From: Octopus bimaculoides
Lineage: Eukaryota
Direction: 5' to 3'
NCBI RefSeq assembly: GCF_001194135.2
Contig: NC_068995.1
Location: 8,629,983 to 8,679,497, forward strand
Length of the DNA stretch: 49,515 bases
Shown: positions 11,622 to 25,678 of the stretch, piece after piece
Layout of the letters: each line of letters begins with the position of its first letter
Position numbering within the stretch: position 1 is the stretch's first letter
Translations under genes and position numbers: made by a program
The notes under the pieces: generated by a model
What the model saw: the letters and a program-made list of their open reading frames with translations, nothing else
Databases searched by the model: none
Told to the model about the DNA's origin: nothing

Positions 11622-11935
11622 ATGGTATATTGGTTTCAGTATTTGGCTAATGATCTGAGGGTCGTAAGTTCAATTCCTGGCGACACGTTATGACCTTGGG
11701 CGTGACAGTTTCATTTACGTTGGTCCATTCGACTCAGTTGGCAAAAATTAGTCGAACTTGTTATTCAAAGGGGCCAGCCTTATCACACTCTGGGTTACAC
11801 TGAATCTCCCTGAGAACTACGTTAAGGGTACACGTTTCTGTGGAGCACTCAGCCACATTCACGTTAACTTCACGAGCAGGTTGTTCCGTTGATCAGATCG
11901 ACTGGCACCCTTGTCATCGTATCCGACGGAGCACC
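11622..11935 (+). mobile_element. tRNA-derived SINE family C, full length
   Basis: B-box-like AGTTCAATTCC. Colinear over ~300 bp with the - strand copy at 29793-30100 (AAGGGTACACGT.TCTGTGGAG..CTCAGCCAC, CAGG.TGTTCC). Confidence 0.88.
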
Positions 11936-11948
11936 ATTTTTTTGTACA

Positions 11949-12131
11949 GGTTTCAAATTTTGGCACAAGGCCAACAGTTTCGACGGAGGGAGTAAGTCGA
12001 TTACATCCACTCCGGTGTTCTACTGGTACTAAATTTGAAAGGCAAAGTCTACCTTTGCGGAATTTGAATTCAGAACGTAACGGCGGACGGAATGCCACAA
12101 ATCCAGCGTAGTAATAATTTTACCAGCTCGA
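11949..12131 (-). mobile_element. tRNA-derived SINE family B, diverged, tail-to-tail with the family C copy
   Basis: The reverse complement matches the + copies at 34049-35547 (TTACGTTCTGAATTCAAATTCCGC..GACTTTGCCTTTC..GTACCAGT..GGCCTTGTGCCAAAATTTGAAACC). Confidence 0.82.
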
Positions 12132-12593
12132 CATCTTAAATGTTAGCATTCTATAAAGAGAAACAATTAAGGGCAAATATACTAGCTATTTTCTTACCAT
12201 ATTGGATAGCACAAAAAGGGGCAGGTTCATATTAGATGGACCTCATCGTCAGTAGAGTATATTCCGGGGGTGGGGGTGGGGGAGTCTTATGTAAGGCCGA
12301 ATTTCCTAATTTCCAGTCAAGGACTGAGTGGTGATTTAAGAGAGGATTTATTTGGAAAATAGTCCGTCCTATAATATGTCGTCAGACATGTTATTACAGG
12401 TTTTCACTTGCTCTAGAGTTAGTCATCAGTCGACCGTTTATCGGAGCTGTGAGACTATGGTCGTTTGCTTTACAAGTCGCTGAATTCTGAGTCCATATAG
12501 CGTATATTCATGTATACCCATACCTATCTATCTATCTCTCCCTCTTTCTCTTGCTGCATATACATACATACATACACACACACACACATATAT

Positions 12594-12633
<40 letters not shown>

Positions 12634-13375
12634 TCCACACGGGTAGAAATACAGTTGAAAATGTACTTGAGATAGAAAGAGAGGACGGGCTTCAAACACT
12701 AGACAGAAGCAAGAGGGCTGCGACATAACCCATGTCTTTCTATTTCAACTCTTTTAAGTTGTCAAACTCGTCAAATCTGTAAATATAAGAAAAAAAATTA
12801 CCTAGTCTCAGTGCATTTTCAAATCCTATCATATATATATTTATACCATAAACCTTTATGTGTACATCAAGACATGAATTGTTAGACCGCGTGTACATCC
12901 TGTTCATGTAGAACTGCATTTCAAAGACCACAAGATAAATTTTCCCTGACATAGTTGTTTCTCTAGAAATATACAAACAACCTGGATATCTCTATGACTC
13001 CAATTATAGTTTGCTTTCTTTTAAAAATCTCATGACAAACGTCTGTCTGAATTAACCCTATCACTGATACATAATTTATGCTTAGTTATTTGAAGGTTAC
13101 ATAAATCAGACATGATATTTTTTGCATTATATTTTGACATCGTATCTATATTCTTATATATATATTTGACATACATACACAAAATTATCCCACTATTTAT
13201 CTATCTATATATATTCATATCTCTATATACACAGATATACAACCACGCATACACATGCAGACACACATATACATAGGTATATATGCCGACAAGAGAGGGA
13301 AGTAATTCGTTGGCTTAAAGTACATCATAACGCAAAATATAGGACACAATACACAAAGCATTAAGAAAATTATGT

Positions 13376-13429
<54 letters not shown>

Positions 13430-13442
13430 NNNNNNNNNNCAC

Positions 13443-13494
<52 letters not shown>

Positions 13495-13500
13495 ACACAT
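13376..13500. repeat. (CA)n microsatellite with a 10-N gap
   Basis: Directly visible. Confidence 0.95.
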
Positions 13501-14057
13501 ATTTGTATGTATGCCTGTATGTACAAATGTGGATTCGTTACAATATCCGTATATCACAAATTATATGATAAAGAATACAATAATCGGTTGGAATTTTTAT
13601 TGAAATTTAAATCTATTTTCGTCTTGGCTTTAACGTTTGAAGTATTTATTAAGTAACGACATGTGTGTGTGTGTGATTAGAAAACAATATACCTGGTGGG
13701 AATATGTAAGGCGACCTTATGTCTAGAATTGGGTTTATATAAATAAAAAAAACAATAATGCTATAAAAACGCTGGCATATATGATTGATATAACAACAAT
13801 TTAATACAACGTCTAGAAGTAGAGAATTGATGAAATATTTTAAAAGATTTCGAAATAAATTGATAAGTAAGGAAAGCTGCTGATATGTATCCATAGCCTT
13901 TGAACATTGTTTAAAATCGTTTGTAAAATATCGAACGTGTGTATACAAAAAAGGTTTAAAGCAAGATTATACGTAGGATTACCACAAGGCGTCGGGGAAA
14001 ATTTTAGAAAAACGTTTTTTTTTTAATGTTATTTTCCGTATGTTGCTATGATCACAG

Positions 14058-14135
14058 ATACGTATGTGGTGGAGATGTTTACTAAAAGAATTAGAAATAT
14101 AAGCAAAATTTATACCGAGGTACATAGATTCACAG
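14058..14135 (+). CDS. Candidate internal exon (phase 1-1, 78 nt), product unknown
   Basis: ..ATCACAG|AT..ACAG|GTAAGC. The only open frame reads (D)TYVVEMFTKRIRNISKIYTEVHRFT. No homology recognised. Confidence 0.2.
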
Positions 14136-14189
14136 GTAAGCATTGAAGTGGATAACGAATAGCATTAAGTCATACAATGAGTATACATG

Positions 14190-14330
14190 TCTCAGTGGTT
14201 AGGGCGTTGTACTCACGATAGTTAGACCGCGTGTTTGATTTCTGAACTGAGTAGCACATTTTGTTCTTGAGAAGAATATTTCATTTCATGTTGCTGCAGG
14301 TCAATCAACTGTAAATAGGAAATTCTACGC
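14190..14330 (+). mobile_element. Diverged family C-related SINE head
   Basis: CAGTGGTTAGGGCGTTGTACTCACGAT..TTCTTGAG..ATTTCATGTTGCT.CAG..CAA.TG resembles the 5' third of family C. Confidence 0.55.
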
Positions 14331-14472
14331 AGGAAGAGGATTTCAATTGAGGGGAATATTGGGTTGCATGCCTATCCAACGTAATAGCATAATTTGAACG
14401 CTAAAACAATGTGAAGTACATTGTCACCAGCGATGTATAACTAAATACGATAGAATTGACGATTTCGTGATG

Positions 14473-14512
<40 letters not shown>

Positions 14513-15341
14513 GTGTGTGTGTGTGTGTGTGTATTAAAGTACGTATGTACGCATATACAAACATACATACATATATATATATGTATATATAACTTAGGAC
14601 CATACCTGTGGATTACGAAGTAATGCGATTATTCCTGATATTTTCCTTCCTTGGCATATGTTGCTCCCCGGCTACACACACACACGTTTATATATGCCAA
14701 TGTCTATAACTTATATATACTTGCATATTATATATATATATGTGTGTATGTGTGTGTGTGTTTGTGTGTGTGTTACAGATACTATTCTCGCATATAAACG
14801 CAATTACACATACATGTACATTGGGACAAATATGAAAGTAACATTATTTCGTACATGGGGTTGATTATTCGCAATTTAGCAGTCTCTGTACATACATATA
14901 AATCGCCTGTTTGTTTTGATAACTATTCCGCTCACAAATAACACATTTATTCTGCAGAACCGGTTATATTCAAATATATCAGGAAATCCAATGTTGGATT
15001 ACTAAATATTGTACCGTCTAGCGCGCCATCAGTTGCATAGATTTAGCCAAAGGATAATTGTATGAAACGCATATCAACTAATCACTGATCATCTGCAGCT
15101 CCAGAAAATGAAGGAAATCGCAAGATTTTCTGTCTAATTTGATTAAAAACATATGATGTCATATACATGAAGCTAGAATAGGAATGAATACGGATTGGCA
15201 TACATACACATACATATGTATACAAGCATGTATATTGAGACGGATGGTTCTGTACAGGTGCGTGTGTCTAGATATATAATGCACATGTTAAGATTTGGGA
15301 AAGTATGGAGTATATGAATTAATGTGTATTTCTATGCGTAG

Positions 15342-15386
<45 letters not shown>

Positions 15387-15419
15387 GGCGCAAGAGTGGA
15401 TGTGTGGTAAGTAAACTTT
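15387..15419 (+). other. Duplicate SINE A head left of a 10-N gap (probable assembly overlap artefact)
   Basis: (TA)n-CATATAGGCGCAAGAGTGGATGTGTGGTAAGTAAACTTT is identical on both sides of the gap at 15420-15429. Confidence 0.8.
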
Positions 15420-15429
15420 NNNNNNNNNN

Positions 15430-15476
<47 letters not shown>

Positions 15477-15800
15477 GGCGCAAGAGTGGATGTGTGGTAA
15501 GTAAACTTTCTTACCAAGTACATGGTTCCGGGTTCAGTCCCACTGCGTGGCACCTTGGGCATGTGTCTTCTACTATAGCTTCGGGCCGACCAAAGCCTTG
15601 TAAGTGTATTCGATAGACGGAGATGGAAAGAAGCCTGTCGTGAATATACATGTATGTATGTGTGTATGTATGTATGTATGTGTGTGTGTGTCTATGTCTC
15701 TCTGCCACCTCTCCATCACTTGAGAAACGATACTGGTGTGTTTACGTCCTTGTAGCTAGGACGGCAGTCAAATAATTGAAATAACTAATAGAATAAAAGT
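15477..15800 (+). mobile_element. SINE family A with internal microsatellite and a deletion in the 3' half
   Basis: GGCGCAAGAGTGGATGTGTGG (A box), GGTTCAGTCCC (B box) and GCACCTTGGGCA core. Colinear with 27510-27884. Confidence 0.92.
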
Positions 15801-16206
15801 ATATATATAGAAAGTGAAAGTGTATGTCTGAGATCACGCAATTACCCATGTATGTACGTGATCGTGTATTTATATCATTTTCGAATACCGTAATGGCAGA
15901 TCTAAGTATCAGAGACACTATTTTTTTCTAGAACATTCCATGTCCTTAGTCATATCACTGGTGATGTACTTCAGAACAGACACAAACAAAGACAAAAGGT
16001 AAACTCAATGTCTGGAGCTATTCGGTTTCACGTTTCTTGTTTTCCATGTACAGGACGTAAATAAAAAATTACACCACTCAAGTACTAGTGGAAACATACT
16101 TATCCATATATACACTCATACATACAAACATACATGCTCATATGCAGGCATACATAGCTATCTCTCTATGTATCTACCTATCCCTCTCTCTCTCTCATAT
16201 ATATAC

Positions 16207-16261
<55 letters not shown>

Positions 16262-18263
16262 NNNNNNNNNNNNNNNNNNNNNNNNNNNNNNNNNNNNNNN
16301 NNNNNNNNNNNNNNNNNNNNNNNNNNNNNNNNNNNNNNNNNNNNNNNNNNNNNNNNNNNNNNNNNNNNNNNNNNNNNNNNNNNNNNNNNNNNNNNNNNNN
16401 NNNNNNNNNNNNNNNNNNNNNNNNNNNNNNNNNNNNNNNNNNNNNNNNNNNNNNNNNNNNNNNNNNNNNNNNNNNNNNNNNNNNNNNNNNNNNNNNNNNN
16501 NNNNNNNNNNNNNNNNNNNNNNNNNNNNNNNNNNNNNNNNNNNNNNNNNNNNNNNNNNNNNNNNNNNNNNNNNNNNNNNNNNNNNNNNNNNNNNNNNNNN
16601 NNNNNNNNNNNNNNNNNNNNNNNNNNNNNNNNNNNNNNNNNNNNNNNNNNNNNNNNNNNNNNNNNNNNNNNNNNNNNNNNNNNNNNNNNNNNNNNNNNNN
16701 NNNNNNNNNNNNNNNNNNNNNNNNNNNNNNNNNNNNNNNNNNNNNNNNNNNNNNNNNNNNNNNNNNNNNNNNNNNNNNNNNNNNNNNNNNNNNNNNNNNN
16801 NNNNNNNNNNNNNNNNNNNNNNNNNNNNNNNNNNNNNNNATATATATATATATATATATATATAGCGTTCTATATAGTAAGGTTACAGTTGCAACGACTA
16901 CTAATCGGTGCGATTGAAACCTGTGTTGGTCTTAAAAGGCAGTGTATAATTATAGAATTAAAGATAATGCCATTGCTACTTTGGAGTAATCCGTATTTTC
17001 AATATTGTCTACATATATATATTACACATGTATCCGATGTTGTCTCAGATGTCCGAAAATTCGAAGTTACTGTCAATAATATTTTTGTCTAAGTAAAATG
17101 AATATGTAGAGTACAAAAATATAAAGCTACCTAGCTGGTTAATGTAATTCCTCTGTTTTTTTTATTACAGACCATAACAGCAAGTATTAACATTACACAC
17201 ACACACACACATATATATTTAAAGAACATTAATACCCATGAGGGATAATAATGTTAGTGGGCGTGAGCTATAAACGTATAGGCAATACGAATAGGAAGAA
17301 ATTTCTATCACAATATGATTATATCAACCAGACTGTCGGGTCTTGTTACTTCTTGTCACAGTTCGGTCGCCTTCTTATACACTTCGAATGATTCCACCTC
17401 TCTAGTTCGGCTGGTGAGGCCATACTCCTTCTGGACTGGACGCCTGCCCATTGAATGTCATTCACGTAGTGCTTAACGACCTCTAAATAGTGTTTTCACT
17501 CCGGTCAACATAATATTGATCGTACGTTCAAAACGCTAAACATATTCTAATTTTCCTAAGCTGTAAGCAAACACATCCTGTGTCTTTGTTTATCTGATTT
17601 TTTTGTTTGTTTGTTTGTTTGTTTGTTTTTTTCTGCCCCGTTTTAAGTTTTTCATTATTATTTTTGTAGAGCAAAAGCAGACCCACCTTACTAAACCACG
17701 CGAAATAGCTTTGCATCCTGGAAGCCACTAGTTGTGCAAACATGCCAATTTGTTCTTATAAGATGCTTTATATTTTCAATTATATTCACTTGTTTCTATT
17801 AATGACCTTATGAATCAACAGCCGTCTATGCGTATATATGTTTGCATACATTTAAGTGTATGTGTCTATAATTTTCTACGTACACTCATAAAAAACCAAC
17901 TAACTTGTAATCTCCTCTCATTTAGTTGTTCCTTCCTATATATTCTCTTATAGACTACGGACGTTTCAGTTCATAGTCGCTGGCGTGCATTCCAAGCAAT
18001 CACGCATTGTTAACCCCAAATGATGAAAAATGCGAGACACATTTCGCGAAACGGAAATTCATGAAACTTAGCAAGAAAATGAGTTGACGCAAGTATCGTC
18101 TGCTTAGGACTAGCTGTTTGTATTTTCACTCTCTCGACTTGTGCCTCAGCTGCAGCACAAATAAATTTGTACGCATAATTGTTAAGCTCATCTATTGACA
18201 ATTATCTCACTAGAAATGATTATAGAAAATATATACTAATATACATACACTCGTACATTCATT

Positions 18264-18582
18264 CACATGGTCCCCGGTTCAGTCCCACTGTATGGAACAT
18301 TTGGCAGCTATTTTCCACTATAGCGTCGGGCTGACCAAAGCAACGAGAGTAGATTTGGTAGACGGAAACTGAAAGATGTCCGTCGTTTGTGTGTGTATAT
18401 GTGTCTGTACCCCAGCCTCATCATTGCTTCACAATAGTGGTTCGGCAAAAGAGAATGGTAGAATAAGTAGTGGCTGAAAAAAACTAAGCCCTGGGGTAGA
18501 TGTGTTAGATTAAAACCCTTGAAAGCAGTGCTCTAACATGACCACAGTAAAATAATTGGAAGAGGTAAACGAATATTAGAAT
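18264..18582 (+). mobile_element. SINE family A, 5'-truncated and diverged
   Basis: CACATGGTCCCCGGTTCAGTCCCACTG..GATTTGGTAGACGGAAACTGAAAGA..GGTTCGGCAAAAGAG..CCTGGGGT..GTGCTC. Confidence 0.88.
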
Positions 18583-18848
18583 ATATATATATATATATAT
18601 ATATAATTTACATCTAATCTTGCTATTTGCAAAGTTTAATCGTTAGCTTTTGAATTTCTCCAAGAATGCTCAAATGTCATTTGATACCTAAGTTGAAACA
18701 CGTGTACAATTATTACATTACGTAACATTATGATTGTATAAATTTGCTTTAATTTTTCTGTTTAAAACGATTTCGACGTTGAAACCTCTTATCCCATAAT
18801 CCTTTGCTCCATTATTAAATCTGTTATATTTTACTGTCTTTCCTCTAA

Positions 18849-18851
<3 letters not shown>

Positions 18852-18891
<40 letters not shown>

Positions 18892-18978
18892 AACAAATCA
18901 GAGGCTTGTATTTGTTTGCAATTCCCTGCTAGCATTTCTAATATTGATATGTAATAACGGAACACATCATTATCATCA

Positions 18979-19017
<39 letters not shown>
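18852..19017. repeat. (CT)n at ~18852-18888 and (ATC)/(ATT)n at ~18965-19017
   Basis: Directly visible. Confidence 0.92.
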
Positions 19018-19019
<2 letters not shown>

Positions 19020-20102
19020 CTTAACTTCAAACGTACAGTTATGTAATCACATATATTTTCATTGTCTTGATATTCATAAGTATATACCTTCAATATATCG
19101 CCAATATATACTACGATACGGTTTATGGCGATAATTGAATTTATATTATTTTTAAATTACGAATGTTATAGTTTGTGATATCCTTTGCTATGTGAACGCG
19201 AACTAATAACACGATGGATTCTGTTTGAAAGACAAAATGGCGTCCATTTCATTTTCTGCAAGTAATGAAATCGGGTACGTTCAGGATGTAACGAATCAGT
19301 GTGTTAACTATAACAAACTTGTGACAGAAACCCTGGCTGTTCATTCAATCTGCTCTAAAAATCATCTTCTTCTGAGTCAATACCTACTTTTTTTTTTTAA
19401 GAAATCAGTCACATCTAGTAATACTACAACACATATACGATGTTTGAATTACAGCCATAATGGACACAGGTGGACTATGTTTTCTTTTTTTTTAATATAG
19501 ATGCATGACTAAAGCTCATAAATGTTTAACAACAATAATGAAGATGAAAACAAAAATAAGAGTCCTTAAGGCGCTAGCAGTATCTGTTTGGTTTTCCTTT
19601 CCTTAACAACCTGTATAGAAATTCTACGCAGATCAACTTTGACAGTCATCAATTACTGGTGAGAATATAAACCTAATGAGGCAAGCGTCCCCCGATATGT
19701 ATTTGGATACATGTTATCAATTCTCAAATCTAGTTGCAGCATATTCGTATAACGTTTCCAAATAACCAATTGATCCGTGCTGGCATGTAGGTCGACAGAT
19801 AATAAAATACTGAAACTTCGCAAATCACTGGTCTTTCTAGCTTTCCACATTGTGTTACAGAAATTTTGCTATTTGCTAGGAATAAATTAAGAGTTTAAGC
19901 TTCAAAAATGACTTAAATGTTGTCATTGTTATAAATCACCTAATGAAAACATACCAACTTAAGTTTAAATCTGAAGTATATTAAGGAGTTATTAATCATT
20001 GCTTATATACACATACATTCAAAAATTTGTACACGTACATATATACTTATTTACGCGTGTATGTGTGCGTGTTCGCATGCGAGAATGTTTATTTGTGTAT
20101 GA

Positions 20103-20168
<66 letters not shown>

Positions 20169-20172
20169 GTAC

Positions 20173-20231
<59 letters not shown>

Positions 20232-21592
20232 AGTAACCATCTATATATTCACACACAATAACAATCATATATAAATTTGTGTAAATGTGTGCGTCTTCGA
20301 ATTTGTGTTTCTGTGTAGGTGAATAATATCTAGGAAAAAAAACAAAAAAAAAACATACGTTCCGAAGGAACGAAAATCAATGCTTTATGAAGTCTATTAT
20401 TCTATCGTATAAAGTAATACTATAGAAACAGGTTGTTCCCAACGTTTCGGAAAGTGGTTCTTTTTCAAAGAAAAGCAGGAAAAGAACGTTGTTTAACAAC
20501 AAACAATAATGGAACAGAGAGTGATACCTATGCAGGCGGTAATGTTCTATATAGCTAGTTGCACTGGCACAAAGAGATGTTATTACTTCTCCATCGATGT
20601 ATAGTTGCCGTTTGTGAATCTCCTATCTACGATGCATGGAGAATATCCGGTTTTTCTCACTTATAGGGTACAACTACTAACTCTAAACGGTTTATTTCAG
20701 GTATCTTATTTCCTTATTCGGTTCCCGTTTCTTTTCTATTCTTTGATCGTGATCATGTCATTTATCTGTACGTTTTATCACACTGAAGCAAGCAGTTCAC
20801 GGTGTCTCTACTTTCTCATGTGACGTTTGTTCTTTTATAACTAAATTTCTATGCTTATATATGTGTTTGTGAGTGTGTCCGTGTGTCTCTGTGATTGTAT
20901 ATCATACAAACACAAACACACTAACACACATGTTGATGCTTGTATGATAGTATCAATAAGTTACATGTATTGATCTATTTATACTTTTCTGTATATCATT
21001 GTGTGTGGGTGCAGGTATGTATGTATGCATGCGTTTATTTATATCAATGTTTATTTTCGCTTACACATAAGTACGTGCATGATGATCAAGATGTATTTCA
21101 TGTGTGTGCCTGTTTGTGCGTGGGTGTTTGTGTGTGTGTGCATGTGTGTGTGTGTGCGCGCGCGCGTGCAAGTTGCGGTTTTCGGTCCGCTTTTATGATT
21201 GCTTATGTATGTGCATGATTGTACATGGTTCAGAAAAGTGATAGTATCGAAGTAGGTGGCGCCACAATATACCAATGACAGTAGGAAGAAAAAAATTATG
21301 AATAGTAAAAAAAATAGTACGAAAAAATAATAAGAAAAGTAGTAAGAAATAATAATAATAATAATTATAATAATAATAAGAATGATACTAATAACAATAA
21401 TAATATTAACCACAACACCACTAAGCATATCGTCCAATAGAAAGAAATCGTGAATTTCTAAAAAGATTTTCTATTAATATCATTTTGTTTTCTTTGTATT
21501 ACTTAGGCTCTGGCCAAAATATTTAATATATATACACCCACACAGAGTGATACATATGTCTATTTCGTTATCTATCCTTCCATTCGTATGCA

Positions 21593-21663
<71 letters not shown>

Positions 21664-22490
21664 GCACATTAGTATATATTTATACGGATATGTGTGTATA
21701 TCATACATGTATACATACATGCATACATACATACATACATACATGCATAGCTAGATAGATAGAAAGACAATTTGAGAGAGAGAGAGATATGGAGAGTTAA
21801 CTGATTAGGCATTGATGAATTTATAACCGTAAACACGGAGCGGGATAAAAGAAAAAACCGGCGCATATTGGTGTGCGTATATATGTATATTTATACGTAG
21901 TAGATGTTTTCATGCGTATATACGCACATATACATAAATGCATACATATATTTATCGATAGAAAGATACATATACATCTGCATTCATATATTCTGCATGC
22001 ATCCATACGTACATACATAGATTCTTAGACACATATATATACAACGATACATACATACACACAAACACACACACACACATATGTCCAGTGCAGTGAGAAT
22101 ACGAATTTCTTTCAGATCCGGTGCATGACAAGAAGAATGGTTTTTGAATGTATTAGGTGTACAGAATTTCTCTTCTAACACATACATCCGCAAACAACAC
22201 AACACGAATTCAATACCACAACAACCCCAAAACAAACAAATTACATATACGAACGAAGAGAATAAAAAGGGAGAAGAAACGAGATTTATTCCAATTTTGC
22301 TACCCTTTATAAGACGTTACTTGTCTTGTATCACCTTGTTCTTTAGGTTTTACTTGTTTGTACACATGTTTTTTGGAATTTGTGAGTAGTGTTTCTTAGT
22401 TGGTGAGAGGCGAGTTGCGAAACATACATACATACATGAATACATACATGCATATATACACATGCGGATATACATATTAAGTTATATACA

Positions 22491-22541
<51 letters not shown>

Positions 22542-22730
22542 NNNNNNNNNNNNNNNNNNNNNNNNNNNNNNNNNNNNNNNNNNNNNNNNNNNNNNNNNNN
22601 NNNNNNNNNNNNNNNNNNNNNNNNNNNNNNNNNNNNNNNNNNNNNNNNNNNNNNNNNNNNNNNNNNNNNNNNNNNNNNNNNNNNNNNNNNNNNNNNNNNN
22701 NNNNNNNNNNNNNNNNNNNNNNNNNNNNNN

Positions 22731-22784
<54 letters not shown>

Positions 22785-23242
22785 TACATCGACACACTCA
22801 TATATAATAGCAAAAATGTATATTTGTAAATATATATGTGTGTGTGTGCGTGTGTGTGTTTGTGTGCGTGCGTGCGTATATATTGAAATATTCATTCACA
22901 AAATGTATTCATAAATTCTTTAACATAAAATATGTATATGCATTCGTATGTTCATAAATGTATAAGAATGTGACTGTGTCTTTGTATGTCTATATATATC
23001 TATGGACATTTGTACATATCTATGTGTGGGTGTGGGTGCGTGTATGTGCGTGTGTGTGCGCGCATGTATCGATGTATGGTTGTATGTAAATATACAGTCA
23101 CGTATACATGCATATATGTTTGAAATATTTTCCTAGTAATTCTTGTTGTTGAATCAGCTATATCTTTGTTATTGTGGTTGCTGTTGCTGGTGATTTCGCC
23201 TTTTGTGTCTTTTCTTGTTCTGCTTCTTTCTCACATATGCTG

Positions 23243-23277
<35 letters not shown>

Positions 23278-23458
23278 CGCTTTGTCAAGTATATCAGAAA
23301 CAGATAAATTAACCAGATGAGGCAAAGGAAAATATAACCGAACACCATGTTTCAAACGAATGAATGTAGTTGAATATATGCACTATTGCTAGTGTGTGAA
23401 ATTGTGTTTTATGTATAGCTGTATGCCCCTATACAACCTCGGATATATACATATATAA

Positions 23459-23521
<63 letters not shown>

Positions 23522-23785
23522 TATTGGAGAGTTTGGGCATGTACCTTGTGTGACTATGTGCATGGTTTGCGATTCTAATATAGTCTGCTTTACTATGATA
23601 TACAACCAATATATAGGGTTAGAAAGAATTTATCAACTTATATCGATAGACGTTTCTGCGTTATCGATTGTATTTGTGTGTGTGTGTCTGTGAAAGAGTG
23701 TGTGTTGTAATGTTTGTGCGCGCAACTGCACTTAATACAAGTATCATGTATGTGTATGTATACATGCATGTATATACGTGCGTAG

Positions 23786-23872
<87 letters not shown>

Positions 23873-24194
23873 AATATATATGTATGCATAAATATATATG
23901 TATGTATATATTTACGTATGTATGCATCTGTGTATATATGTACATGCAGTTGATAAGTATGCCTCTCTATGTCTATATATTTGTTTTGCCTAATACACAC
24001 ATTATACATATATACCAACATATCATGATCAATAAATATTATTGTATTACTTTGATAACAGGCTCTACGAAATGATATTCGTTGGATATCGTCTTCAAAG
24101 TTAAATAACAATAATAATTCCACCAACACCATACCATTCTACAGCAATAACAACTTCTATAATGATGATACTTATTATTATTGTTGTTGTGGAA

Positions 24195-24330
24195 GGCGGC
24201 GTTCAGGTAGAGTCGTTAGCACGCTGGGGGAAATGGGTAAAAGGATTTCGCCCGTCATTATGTTCTGAGTTCAGATTACGTCGAGGTCGACCTTGCCAAC
24301 ATTATGCCAAAAATTTCAATTATTTTATTA
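24195..24330 (+). mobile_element. SINE family B, internally deleted
   Basis: GGCGG..GTAGAGTCGTTAGCACGCTGGGGGAAATG..GTTCTGAGTTCAGATT..GAGGTCGACCTTGCC, followed by a tail-like TGCCAAAAATTTC..ATT. Preceded by an (ATT)/(GTT) run. Confidence 0.8.
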
Positions 24331-25020
24331 TCGTTATAGTCGTTTCTGCTGCTGTTGTTGCTGTTAACTTCTCATTTATTACTGAAACATCGATGGGAGC
24401 GTGGACTACAAAGTCGGATACTTTGAAATTGAATTACCTTGAACATAATGAAGTATAGATTAATGAGCATACGAAAAAGTTCCCTATCTGAAGGACATTT
24501 TTAAATGAATATGCAAAAAACATATGCATTTTGGCAATGTATCTACATGTATATATAAATACATATAACTATATATGTTTATATGAATATATATATAAAT
24601 GTGTGCGTGTGTATTTAAAATAAGTATACACGCAAATAGGCACACACAAAAACACAGACAGACAGACAGACAAACACACACACACACATGATATACTGAT
24701 GTGTAGAAGAGTGCGAGCATGAGATTGTATTTGCTATCAGCAAAATGAGATTAGCAACAAAAAAATAATAATAAGTTAAATCTAGTATAACTGGAAAATA
24801 TGTAGCAATGTTCGAAATGTAACAGATTTAGTGAATGACTTAGAAAGAGAGAGAGAGTGACGGGTGTAGAAAGAGGTTTTACGAAGAGGAGAGTAGGAAT
24901 AAGAAAGACAAAGACAGGAGGAGAGAGATATACAAAAGAAAGATGAGAAAAGTTGCAAATAGAAAACATCTAATTAGTAGAGACGAATCACAAGGTTATG
25001 TGTCGCAGTATGTATGCACG

Positions 25021-25053
<33 letters not shown>

Positions 25054-25624
25054 NNNNNNNNNNNNNNNNNNNNNNNNNNNNNNNNNNNNNNNNNNNNNNN
25101 NNNNNNNNNNNNNNNNNNNNNNNNNNNNNNNNNNNNNNNNNNNNNNNNNNNNNNNNNNNNNNNNNNNNNNNNNNNNNNNNNNNNNNNNNNNNNNNNNNNN
25201 NNNNNNNNNNNNNNNNNNNNNNNNNNNNNNNNNNNNNNNNNNNNNNNNNNNNNNNNNNNNNNNNNNNNNNNNNNNNNNNNNNNNNNNNNNNNNNNNNNNN
25301 NNNNNNNNNNNNNNNNNNNNNNNNNNNNNNNNNNNNNNNNNNNNNNNNNNNNNNNNNNNNNNNNNNNNNNNNNNNNNNNNNNNNNNNNNNNNNNNNNNNN
25401 NNNNNNNNNNNNNNNNNNNNNNNNNNNNNNNNNNNNNNNNNNNNNNNNNNNNNNNNNNNNNNNNNNNNNNNNNNNNNNNNNNNNNNNNNNNNNNNNNNNN
25501 NNNNNNNNNNNNNNNNNNNNNNNNNNNNNNNNNNNNNNNNNNNNNNNNNNNNNNNNNNNNNNNNNNNNNNNNNNNNNNNNNNNNNNNNNNNNNNNNNNNN
25601 NNNNNNNNNNNNNNNNNNNNNNNN

Positions 25625-25678
<54 letters not shown>

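Noticed and set aside
12263-12282. G5-T-G5-T-G5 as a G-quadruplex (also 43126-43145)
   Set aside because: Only three long G-tracts; nothing indicates function.
15477-15545. A/B-box heads of families A, B and C as tRNA genes
   Set aside because: They continue into non-tRNA SINE bodies and lack a proper acceptor stem.
17400-17515. GC-richer stretch considered as a 5S rRNA piece or a family C-related fragment
   Set aside because: No colinear match to 5S, and the similarity to SINE-like sequence is too short to call.
17912-17942. Minus-strand CTATGA-ACT-GAAACGTC as a hammerhead
   Set aside because: The core lacks G5 and has no stem II.
20540-20600. CTGTKRCYYFSIDV lectin-like peptide
   Set aside because: There is an immediate in-frame stop and no convincing donor; likely chance.
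21953-23648. DRE motifs TATCGATA at 21953 and 23641
   Set aside because: Both lie in AT-rich low-complexity context with no other promoter features.
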